DNA of 64,000 bases from Rhizophagus irregularis (taxonomy: Eukaryota). The stretch covers positions 62,001 to 126,000 of the forward strand of contig NC_089435.1 in the NCBI RefSeq assembly GCF_026210795.1, in the 5' to 3' direction. The notes below the pieces were generated by a model, which searched no databases, was not told the origin of the DNA, and worked only from the letters and a program-made list of their open reading frames with translations. The position numbers and the translations under genes were made by a program. This document shows, one piece after another, positions 42,514-53,393 of this stretch (positions are counted from its first letter, which is position 1; every line of letters begins with the position of its first letter).

Positions 42514-43844
42514 ATGAACAGAAATGACTTACTTCCATATGAAGAAGTTATAAAAATAGTAGAAAGTGCGGTTAAATCATCGTTAGAAAGAATAAGAGAT
42601 TTCCAACGAAAAGAAAGTGTGATGGAGGTTTTAACGGAGGTTAGTAATAATAGGCGCATTAATATTCGTTATTGTGCAAACTGATGAATTTACGGCAGTG
42701 TAATGTGTTATAGTAGTTTTGGTTGTCACTGCTGAAGGTTGGGGGATGCCGGCCCAGAAGAGCGATGTTGTTAGGAACAAATCCTTTAGATGTCGAGGGT
42801 TTCTGCTCTCCTCTAGCTGTGCGTGATTATCTTAGCTATTACATGATTGTACACGTGCAGCAAAATTTAATATTCATAAAATTAATGTGGTCACTAACTT
42901 ATATTATATCGATATTTGCTAATTAACTGTCATAGATGAAAAGCGGATATAAAAGCATATTAGGATTAAATAAGATCAAGGTGTTGGATACGGTACAGTA
43001 TTTCTTAATATATATATATATATGGATTGGAAAATCTTATCACGATCTAATCAATCATAATTTCAGAATAAGGAATCAACGCCAGATACTACAGAGGAAG
43101 AAATAAAGAAAAATATTGAGATGTTAAATGAAAAGCTTAAAGTATGTGTTTTTCTATTTTTTATAATCATACGTACCAATACTTATAAAGGTATTCTCTA
43201 TATAGCATCCTTTGGGTGATGATGATGGGCCTCTCTATAGCGCCCTTAAGAAAACAGTTGAGAATATCGTTCTTTCAGATCTTACGTGGCGAGATCCTGT
43301 AGCAAACATGGTTCTAAGCGATAACTCGTATATAGTAACAGGATTACATCGCAAATTAAAACCAATCTTTATGGTGAGAAGCAATTTAGTGTTATTGGAT
43401 GAATTGCATTCATATACTCATTCTTTTTCATTATAACAACAGGAACCATGCAATAAAATGAAATGTACTCCCCCCAAATTAGTTGTAAAAAAATGTGAGG
43501 ATTTCTTAGAAAATTTTGAAGTATTGTCTACTCATAAAATCGTGGAAAATGCCAAACATGATAATAAATGGAAAGAAGATGATTCTGATCTATTAAAAAT
43601 AACAGGTCGAATTTTAGATGTACTGTAAGTTTTTCAATAATAACTTCATTATATAAATAGTAATTGTATGATAACATTTTCCGATATTTATTTTACCTAG
43701 TGGCAAAATATGGAGTAGTCCAATTTATGCGACAAGTACTTCCCGTAATAAACAGAGCGAAGGAACTTATATTACCGATGTTATAGTCCCTTTACTTCGT
43801 GCAAGCCTGGCGAACCTACCAAATGGTTATATCTGTACAAGCAT
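42514..43844 (+). CDS. Multi-exon hypothetical gene (7 exons seen), interrupted in an intron by the LTR nest
   Basis: Open exons with GT-AG borders from MNRNDLLPYEE to KQSEGTYITDVIVPLLRASL. The last donor gtaagt at 43845 is followed by the LTR at 43877. Confidence 0.7.
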
Positions 43845-43876
43845 GTAAGTAGTCACGTGATTACTATTTTAACCAT

Positions 43877-44970
43877 TGAGATCCCCCAATTCCCTCTGTC
43901 ATCAATTTATAGAGTTGCCACATCGAACGGGCATTCTCATGGTCGAACGAACGAATAAACGAACGAACAAACATTTAAACGAACGAACGATCAATTAAAC
44001 AAACAAGTAAATAATCAACGGCATAATTAACAAACAACATAATCAACGGACAACATACAACAACATTCTTGGTTCACGACATAAATAGCGTTAGTAATAT
44101 AAAACATTGGACGATATAAAATAAATTTTACTTCTCTAAATTTTTCCCAAATTATATCCACTTTTACCTTAAATTACAAACTTCAATAGCTCTCGCTACG
44201 AATAATTACTTTTCAAAATTGTATATTTAATTCATCTTAAATTTCCATTTTATTCAATTAAAATTAATTAAGCGAACAGTAATTAAAGTTTAGGGCGAAC
44301 CTATTACCTTTAATTAATATTATACTTCATTAACAAATAATTAAATGAAACTTATATTTTATTGAGTTCTGTGGATGTGAACTGTGGAATTATTTTGAAT
44401 TCCGTTCTCTTTTTATACAAATTTTATGCTACTTTCTATTCTATCTATATACTATCTTTTATGTTCTTTTTACATATTATCTTTGAACTATCTTTCTAAT
44501 ATACTATCTATATTTTAAATACGCTATCTTTTATATATATATTATCTTTTATAATATCTTTGTATAATCTTTTTATATTATCTTTTATATTATAATCTTT
44601 TTATATTATCTTTTATATTATTTTATGTTCTTTAATCTTTCTAACGTTATTTTATATGTTCTTTCAATCCGCTTTAGGTGTTTTGCTTATAATCTATCTT
44701 TTGTGGCTTATAATTATTCTTTCTAATCGTTCTTATTGTTAAAGATCGCTAAGCCCCAATTGATCGACTCTATTTATCCTATTGGTTCTTTGTCAATCAT
44801 TTGATAAATATTACATCATGTAGATCATTACTCTTCCTAAATGTTTATCCTTTTCGGCTAATTATTTATCCATCCACGCCAATTCACAATCAATTTGTTC
44901 GTTCTTAATATTTGGCAATTACATTTGGTGATTGAATTTTATCATCTTTTCATGCTTGATATTTGGCCGT
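43877..44970 (-). repeat. 3' LTR of element B, main part
   Basis: The reverse complement is homologous to 54674-55823 and ends GGGGGATCTCA. Confidence 0.92.
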
Positions 44971-45933
44971 TGTAGGATAAATAGAGTCGATCAATTGCGG
45001 CTTAGCAATCTTTAATAATAAGAACAATTAGAAAGAATAATTATAAGCCACAAAAGATAGATTATAAGCAAAACACATAAAGCGGATTGAAAGAACATAT
45101 AAAATAATGTCAGAAAGATTAAAGAACGTAAAATAATATGAAAGATAATATAAAAAGATAGTATAAAGATGGAACATAAAAGATAACATGTTAAAAAGAA
45201 CATATATAAAAAAAATTGAAAAGAACATATATAAAAAGATAACATATATAAAAAGATAGTATATTAAAAGATAGCGTATTTAAAATATAGATAGCGTATT
45301 AGAAAGATAATTCAAAGATAATATGTAAAAAGAACATAATATGTAAAAAGAACATAAAAGATAGTATATAGATAGAATAGAAAGTAGCATAAAATTTGTA
45401 TAAATAGAGAACGGAATTCAAAGTAATTCCACAGTTCTCATCCACAGAACTCAATAAAAATATAAGTTAAATTTAATTATTTGTTAATGAAGTATAATAT
45501 TAATTAAAGGTAATAGGTTCGCCCTAAACTTTAATTAATGTTCGCTTAATTAATTTTAATTGAATAAAATGGAAATTTAAGATGAATTAAATATATGCTT
45601 TCGGAAAGTAATAATTCGTAGCGAGAGCTATCGAAGTTTGAAATTAAAGGTAAAAGTGGATATAATTTGGGGAAAATTTAGAGAAGTATATTTTATTTTA
45701 TATCGTTCAACGTTTTATATTACTAACGCTATTTATGTTGTGAACCAAGAATGTTGTTGTATATTGTTGTTGTATGTTGTTCGTTGATTATGTTGTTTGT
45801 TAATTATGCCATTGATTATTTGCTTGTTCGTTTAATTGTTCGTTCGTTCGTTCATTCGTTCGTTCGACCATGGAAATGCCCGTTCGATGTGGCAACTCTG
45901 TAAATTGATGACAGAAGGAATCGGGGGATCTCA
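44971..45933 (+). repeat. 5' LTR of element A (963 bp)
   Basis: Matches 54863-55823 with about 3 substitutions by eye, and lacks 192 bp present near the start of the 3' LTR. Confidence 0.95.
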
Positions 45934-45935
45934 TA

Positions 45936-45950
45936 TGGTGCATGCTCACG
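45936..45950 (+). promoter_or_regulatory. Primer-binding site, possibly tRNA-Gly
   Basis: TGGTGCATGCTCACG, 2 nt after the LTR. Complementary to a tRNA 3' end ...GCAUGCACCA. Confidence 0.7.
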
Positions 45951-47403
45951 AGAAAGGAAATGATCATCATCACATGATTATTAATATGAAAATTTAATTT
46001 CGTTAGTAAGTCACTAATAGGTATTATTAATCAATATTTTATTTTAGAATTTATTTTTAGATTTCAGGTTTTGACGAGTTCAAAAGGAACCAATAAATCA
46101 ATAAGGATTTAATCGAGTTAAAAACCTGAAAAGGTGAAAGATTGGAGTTTGTTGTTGTGCAAGTAATCACTTAATTGATAGAAAGCACAAGAATATTTCT
46201 TTCGGGAATAAAGTACCTGAGAAATTTCATAAGGAGATGTGGAAGTTAAAGATGAATTTTGAAATAAAGATTAATAATGTGAGAACACCAATGTATTATC
46301 TGGGGTTCATCTGTGTGGTATGGGTTACCTCTGAGTTTGAATTTTGGATAAATGCTCGAGATTGGAAAATTTTTATTCTTCGACATTAAAGATTATAACG
46401 TATGGGTTACGTCAAATCTGGATACCCAGCTCAATAATGCGCAAATTGCTTTGGGGACGGGGAATGAAGATTGTAAAGACACCTACTATCAAGAAATATT
46501 GAATGGATAAAATAGGACAAACCTGTAAACTATCATGCTTTTACCCAATGGGAAAAAGATAGAGATAAGCCCAGTATAGGTCCACCAATTTGAGGAAAGA
46601 TAAGTTGGTTTAGATTAGTTTTATGGATAGCTGATGACTTTTGGAACTGGATTTCGGAAGGTTAGATTCACCCGTTAAGAGACAAGTCAGCCAACGAAGG
46701 AGGAAAAGATGGATACGTTGTATTGTTACAGGTCCTAGGCTACATTTCAGATGAGGGTTCCTGGTGTAGTGTGCTAGGTCACGCTTTCATTACAGTGTTC
46801 TGTTAAAAGAAGATGAAATAGAAGGATATTTACACATTAACGAGCCGTATAATGAACATTACGTGCAGTATTTAATAATAGAGTAAAATCCGAGAAGAAG
46901 GACATTTATTTGAAAAGAATGACATTTTGCATATTATAGATTAATTTATACAATATAGAATATATAGTAAGAAAGACTTATGTGGACGATAAGAAAGATT
47001 GAAGATTCACAAACTTTAAAAGTTATGAAAATTTTGGAGTTTGTGATATGTGATATGTGAAATTATGGATCACGGTGATAGGAGATAAATTTTAGAATGT
47101 GATATGTGAATTACGAATATCGGTGATAAAAGATAAACTTTGTGGCGCAGTAAAAAACCTCTGCAGTCTGAGGAGATCGTTGACTTAGAATAATTTTTGA
47201 AATTTTAAGGCGCAGTAGAAATTAATAGTAAAATATGGCGTAGCGAATATATAAAACTGGAAGATGGAATCTAAGGATTGAAAGAAGCAATCTATTTAAA
47301 GATAAAAGAATGTTTAGAAGATTGAAAATAGAAACGATAAGAGTGAAATATATATAAAAGGAGGAGAGGTTTTAGTTAAGATTCTGGATGAACGATTACA
47401 ACG

Positions 47404-50400
47404 ATGGAATGGTACGAAACTTGGAGGGTTGATTACGAAAATCACAAATTAAGACATGATGAAAATATCGGAAATGTGGATATAGACGAATTAAGAGGAG
47501 AAAATATAGCATGTGAAATATGTTATCCAATAGGAGATACACCAGAAGTTTTCAAGAAATTTTGGAAGATATTGCAAAAATTTGAATATACGATAAGAGA
47601 TTATAATGCAGAAACTATAAGAGCGTTATTAAATTTATTAAGTATAGATAGTGAAGAAAGAAATAATTATACAAAGGGAAGGACTAGAGAAGCGTTAGAT
47701 GTAATGGTCGAATCGATAAGATACTTGAAACAACCGGTATTAAGAGAAAAAGGATTAAAGATAATAATAATAGTGATTGCGAACGATTGTATAGAAAATG
47801 ATAAAGAAGATGAAACAATGGACAGATTGATAGGGAATGAAGAATTAATAAGATATGGTTATATTTTGGAAGATTGGGATGTGAATATAAGATTTGGGGA
47901 ATTTTATGAATGGTATAAAGAAGCTATAACAAGTTTTGTAGAATGTAAAGATAGCACTATTAGAAGATACAAAAATATATTATATGAAGAGGCTGAATTA
48001 AAAGAAGATGAGTCAACAGAAAAGATAGAAGCGTTCAAACAAAAGATTAGATTAATGTTACACACAATGCACATAAAAGTTCCTAGACATGGTTGGGGAA
48101 TTAGTAAAGAAATAACTGAAAAAGTTTATGATAAGATTAGGGGATTTGAGCAATTAAATATAGATGAAACAGATAGTGATGACACACCAAGAAGCTATAC
48201 TATAACAGAAACAGACGATGGGGAAGAAGAAAATTTGCCGATTAATAAAAATGAAGAAATGTCAGATGAGGAATCTAATGAATCTAATAATGTTGAAGAA
48301 ACGGAAACGACAAAGATATTTGAAGAAATAATTAGAATGGATTTGAAAAGAATGGGATATGATGTAGAAATAACGGAAATTGAAAGAATAAGAAAATTTG
48401 GAGTAATTGCAAAGATAATAACAACATATGAATTTATGAAGAAATATTTAACAATATGGAATCTTGAAGATGAAGAATTAGATGAGCAAATATTACAATG
48501 GAGAGTTGAAAACACCAAAGAATGCGAAAGATGTGGAACTGAAAGATTAAAGAAAGAATTTAAAATTGGAGAAGAAATTTGCATAGAATGCGAGAAAGAT
48601 GTTGAAAAAGAAAATCCAACAGATGACGAAGAGGAAAGGGAAGAGGATATAAAAGGGCCCGAAATTGGCTCAAGTAAAAAATCAAAAGGCAAAAAGGAAA
48701 ACAAAGAATTGAAGAAAACACCTATAATACCAATAGTACCAGTACCACCAATAAAACTAAAGTTAACGATGGCAGCATCAAGAGATGAAGTCAGAGCAGA
48801 TCTAAGGGCATTAACGATGATTACGCATAATCATGATATTGGGGGAAATTGGAACAATTTAGTACCACCACCAATAACATTGACAGGATTACAAGGAGAA
48901 ATTCAAGCGAATACTAATGCAATAGGAAATTTAAACGCAAACAGGGGGGCTATTGTGGAAATACCAGCATTTTATGGTACCAGTGGAGAAGATCCAGAAG
49001 AATGGGCAGATAAATTTGAGGAGACATTTACAGCGAATGGTTTAGGGAATGATGATGCACAGAGATTTAGAATAGCAAAAGCGAAATTAATGGGAGGAGC
49101 AGCAGATTGGTTAAAGACTGAAGGAGTAAATATTGTCGATTGGAATGTTAATGGAGATCAAAATTTAAGATTAAGAGTAAGAATAATTGGAAAGTATGCA
49201 AGTGATGAAATTAAAGATAGATGGCTAGAACAATTAGAAAAGATTAGACAGGGAGACGAGAATGTGACTCAATACCTCACGAGATTTAAGTATATGTTAA
49301 AGAGAGCGGGAGGTGATGCAGCAGTAGCAGCAAATCAGCAAAAGAGAATTTTTAATAGAGGATTAAAACCAGACTTTACTAAAGACGTAGTAATGGGAAA
49401 TCCAGCAGATTTAAATGCAGCATTTCAGATAGCAAAGAACGTAGAAAGAGGTTTAGAAGCATTAACAGATAAATTACAACCAAAAGAAATTAATGATGAA
49501 CAAAGAAGACAAGAACCTACTGTTCAAGGGAATGTAAGGAATAATAAAGAGATAAGTGTAGATGAATTAGCGGATAATTTTGCGAAGTTACAAATTAAGA
49601 TGTTAGAAGATGAGAATGAAAGATTAAGATATTTAGCGAGTCAGAGTTATAGGCGATTGCCACAAAGAAACCAACCAATACAAAGAAATCAACCAATTCA
49701 AAGAAATCAGTCATTCCAAAAAAGGGTACCAACATGTTTTAGATGTAATAGAGTGGGGCATTATAAGAATAATTGTCCTGAAGAAAGGAATGCAAGAGTA
49801 AATATGATGGACGAGTATTGTGATCAAGAAGAATATGATTATGATGAATATGGATACGAGGAACCACAATATAACGAAATGTACTATACACAAGGTTATT
49901 ACGATGATTATGAAGATAGAGAATTAAATTATTATAATGAATTATACGCAAAAGATAACGCAGTAAAAGGAAGAAGACAAACGAGGAGAACGAGTCCGAT
50001 AGTGGGATATAAAAATAATAATAAAGAAGGAAATTTACAAGAAGAATTAAGAGAAGCGGGAAATAGAATGGATGATAGAAAAATACCAAGTGGAACAACA
50101 ACACCAAGATATACGCCCGAAAGGACAGAACAAAACAATGTACACAGAGATAGTCAAAATTGGGATAATCCAATAGGACCAGAAGACTATAATTATGGTC
50201 GTCGACCCATGACAAAAGACGGAAGATTTTATAGACCAATGTTCACTAGAGAAGGCAAAGTATTTTACCCTGGAATGCGGCAAGATGAATCCGGAAATTG
50301 GGTTAGAACAAAGCCATCAGGAACAGGAAAGCCCAGAGAATATGGACCAAGATTAACTGACGGAATACCACCTTATGATATTGTGGAAGACGTGAAAAAT

Positions 50401-50508
50401 TGTAGAGCGAATATAACATATGGACAATTAATAAATGGGAATAACAAATATCATAAGCAATTGAGGGAAGGAACGTATAAGCCAAGAAGTATAAATGAGA
50501 AAAATTGA
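47404..50508 (+). CDS. gag: Gag with long N-terminal extension, capsid domain and CCHC zinc knuckle
   Basis: 1034 aa. IPAFYGTSGEDPEEW, IRQGDENVTQYLTRF, and CFRCNRVGHYKNNC. Confidence 0.9.
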   Translation: MEWYETWRVDYENHKLRHDENIGNVDIDELRGENIACEICYPIGDTPEVFKKFWKILQKFEYTIRDYNAETIRALLNLLSIDSEERNNYTKGRTREALDVMVESIRYLKQPVLREKGLKIIIIVIANDCIENDKEDETMDRLIGNEELIRYGYILEDWDVNIRFGEFYEWYKEAITSFVECKDSTIRRYKNILYEEAELKEDESTEKIEAFKQKIRLMLHTMHIKVPRHGWGISKEITEKVYDKIRGFEQLNIDETDSDDTPRSYTITETDDGEEENLPINKNEEMSDEESNESNNVEETETTKIFEEIIRMDLKRMGYDVEITEIERIRKFGVIAKIITTYEFMKKYLTIWNLEDEELDEQILQWRVENTKECERCGTERLKKEFKIGEEICIECEKDVEKENPTDDEEEREEDIKGPEIGSSKKSKGKKENKELKKTPIIPIVPVPPIKLKLTMAASRDEVRADLRALTMITHNHDIGGNWNNLVPPPITLTGLQGEIQANTNAIGNLNANRGAIVEIPAFYGTSGEDPEEWADKFEETFTANGLGNDDAQRFRIAKAKLMGGAADWLKTEGVNIVDWNVNGDQNLRLRVRIIGKYASDEIKDRWLEQLEKIRQGDENVTQYLTRFKYMLKRAGGDAAVAANQQKRIFNRGLKPDFTKDVVMGNPADLNAAFQIAKNVERGLEALTDKLQPKEINDEQRRQEPTVQGNVRNNKEISVDELADNFAKLQIKMLEDENERLRYLASQSYRRLPQRNQPIQRNQPIQRNQSFQKRVPTCFRCNRVGHYKNNCPEERNARVNMMDEYCDQEEYDYDEYGYEEPQYNEMYYTQGYYDDYEDRELNYYNELYAKDNAVKGRRQTRRTSPIVGYKNNNKEGNLQEELREAGNRMDDRKIPSGTTTPRYTPERTEQNNVHRDSQNWDNPIGPEDYNYGRRPMTKDGRFYRPMFTREGKVFYPGMRQDESGNWVRTKPSGTGKPREYGPRLTDGIPPYDIVEDVKNCRANITYGQLINGNNKYHKQLREGTYKPRSINEKN

Positions 50509-50517
50509 CTACACTCG

Positions 50518-51021
50518 GTGGGAACTATGAAAAATGAAGAAAAAAGAACTACAGCAATGAGAACAGAATTAGAAGTTGAAGATCAATTAGTGAATGTAAT
50601 AATAGATACTGGAGCAGCAGTAAGCGTGATAACAGATAAATTAAGAAGAAGATTGAATATACCTATGTTTGAAAAAAGTAAATTTAGATGTACGATAGCA
50701 AATGGGCAAAAGATAGCAGCGTTAGAAAAGGCGAATATAACTTTAAGGTACAAAGATGAATTAGAAATACTGAAAGAAGTTGAAGTAATCAATTCAGAAG
50801 AAGAGGATCTAATTTTGGGAAATGACATATGGAAGTTGTATAATGCAAAAATAAATTTTGAAGATCATACCTTAAGAATAGAAGAACAGGGAGAAATAAT
50901 AACAATTCCAGTAGGATATGAAAGAGAAGTAGCATATGAAAGTGAGGAGAGCGAGGACGATGAAGAATATGAAAGCAATGATGAAGGAGAGGTATTCAGA
51001 ATGCACCAGAATTTTAAATAG
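50518..51021 (+). CDS. Retropepsin aspartic protease
   Basis: IIDTGAAVS and DLILGND. Confidence 0.95.
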   Translation: MGTMKNEEKRTTAMRTELEVEDQLVNVIIDTGAAVSVITDKLRRRLNIPMFEKSKFRCTIANGQKIAALEKANITLRYKDELEILKEVEVINSEEEDLILGNDIWKLYNAKINFEDHTLRIEEQGEIITIPVGYEREVAYESEESEDDEEYESNDEGEVFRMHQNFK

Positions 51022-51056
51022 AGAGTCTTGGCTCTGAAGAGAGAGAGACGGAAAAG

Positions 51057-53135
51057 ATGCTCGAACCAAGTGAAAAATTTATGCAAAAACTAAGTATAGG
51101 GGAAGTAGAAGAACCAATTTGGGAAAACATGGTAAAATTACTATTAAAATACCAAGATATTTTAGAATATGACGAGGAAATAGAGGGAAGAACAAAAGCA
51201 GCTCAACATGAGATAAAGATAAAAGAGGGGGTAGAACCAATAAAGCAAAGAAGATACAAAGAAACAGATGAAAAGGCAAAATTTATAAGCGAAGAAGTGG
51301 ATAAATTGTTAAAACAAGGAAGGATAAGGAAATCGAAAAGTCCATGGAGTTCACCTGTTACATTAGCAGGAAAGAAAACGGGAAAATATAGATTCTGTAT
51401 TGATTATAGAAAGTTAAACAAGATAACTATAATGGATAGTTTTCCTTTACCAAGAATGGATGAATTATTAGACAAATACAGAAAAGCAAAATGGTTTTCA
51501 AGTATAGATTTAGCGGCAGGATTTAATCAAGTAGAAATGAAAGAAGAAGACAAAGAAAAAACAGCATTTGTATGTTCAAAAGGATTATTTGAGTATAATG
51601 TAATGCCATTCGGTTTAACGAATGCACCAGCAACATTTCAAAGATTAATGGACGAAATATTAGAAGAATACATAAACGATTTTGTAGTAGTATATATCGA
51701 TGATATTATGATATATTCAGAAAATTTGAAAGATCATATGGAACACGTGGAAAAAGTATTAAAGAAGCTACAGGAGAATAATTTAATAGTAAAATTAAAG
51801 AAATGTAGATTTTTGGAAAGAAACATAGAATTTTTAGGACATATAGTAGGGAATGATGGATTAAGGCCAGACGATAAAAAGATAGAAAAGATAAAAGAAA
51901 TGAAGGCACCAACAACGGTGAAAGAAGTAAGATCATTTTTGGGACTTTGTTCATATTACAGAAAATTTGTGAAAAATTTTTCAAAGATAGCAAGACCAAT
52001 AAGTGATTTGAGAAAGAAGGGAATACCTTTTATTTGGGGAAAAGAACAACAAGAAGCGTTTGAAAAATTGAAAGAAAAGTTGATACAATATCCAATATTA
52101 CGACATCCAGATTGGAAGAAAGAATTTCTATTAATAACAGATGCATCAGGAAAAGGATTAGGTGCAGTATTAAGTCAAAAAGATGAAAAAGGAAAAGAAG
52201 TAGTAATAGCATATGCAAGTAGAAGTTTATTACCAGCAGAAGAAAATTATCCGATAACAGAATTGGAATGTTTAGGAATAGTATGGGAATTCAACATTTT
52301 CATAAATATTTGATCGATAGAAAATTTAAAGTAATAACAGATCACAGTGCATTGAAAGGATTAATGAATGCAAAGATACCAAAAGGAAAAAGAGCAAGAT
52401 GGGTAATGGAATTACAACAATATAATTTTGAAGTAATACATAGATCAGGAAAAGAAAACACGAACGCTGACGCGTTAAGTAGGTTATTAAAGATAGTAGA
52501 AGACCAACCAGAAATAGTAATAATCGACGGAGTGGATGGATTAGGGAAAACAAGTATAGTACAAAATTTAATTAAAGAATGGGAAAAGCAAGGATTAAAA
52601 GTAAGATTCAACACTTATAAGAGAAGAAGAAAAGATAAAGACGAATTTTATGAATCAAAGATGGAGACAGAATGGAAATTCAGAAAAGAAGTAGTGGAAC
52701 AAATAAACAGAAGAATGTTAGAATATGATGAAGATACAGATATAATAATTTTAGATAAATCACCATATTGTGAATATTATTATCAAAAGATGAAAAGTTT
52801 TGATAGAGGATTAATTACTCCACATGGAAATCATGAGATAAAAAGAAATATTCAGATTGAAAGAAACAATAGATAAATCAATAGTGATATTTCTAGAAAA
52901 AGATGGCGATGTGTGTTGGAAAAATTACATCGGAAGAGAAACGAAGAAAATGGAAAAGTCATCATACCCAACATTAAAGAAGGACGAATATTTAGACATG
53001 GTTAAGATGTTTGAAGAAAATCAGAGCGTGTACAAAGATACCAAAAGATACAGTCGAGTAAAAGTTAAAAATGACAATAGTAGTTGGAGAAAAGTATTTA
53101 AAGAGGTGGAAAAATGGAGAAAAGTACAGAATTAG
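51057..53135 (+). CDS. pol: Reverse transcriptase-RNase H-P-loop kinase fusion, with frameshifts at ~52290 and ~52846 in this copy
   Basis: RFCIDYRKLN, MPFGL, YIDD, TDASGKG, TDHSAL and NADALSR, then IIDGVDGLGKT. Confidence 0.92.
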
Positions 53136-53138
53136 AAT

Positions 53139-53393
53139 ATGGAACAAATAATAAAAACAACGAATTCAGAAATAGAAGCATTGATTGAAGCATTAAAAAT
53201 TATTCAGGAAGAAATTATCAGATTAAGGGATAAAAACAGAAGGTTAGGTAACATAAAAATTAACGATTGGAACAAAAGGGAAGAATCATCAATTAAAGAA
53301 ATACAGGAGGAAATAATAAAAATAGAGATAGCCATAGGTAGAACGGAAATATACAAAGAAATATTATGGAAGAAAATAATTACAAGAGAATAA
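53139..53393 (+). CDS. Small coiled-coil ORF between the kinase and integrase
   Basis: 84 aa, in frame after the kinase TAG, and overlapping the integrase ATG. Confidence 0.55.
   Translation: MEQIIKTTNSEIEALIEALKIIQEEIIRLRDKNRRLGNIKINDWNKREESSIKEIQEEIIKIEIAIGRTEIYKEILWKKIITRE

Noticed and set aside
45012..45245. Hydrophobic ORFs in the LTRs (also 54902-55135) as an env-like gene
   Set aside because: They are antisense translations of low-complexity A-rich LTR sequence.
46628..46700. Hammerhead ribozyme (CTGATGA) in the Gypsy leader
   Set aside because: No GAAA follows a stem II, so the core cannot be assembled.
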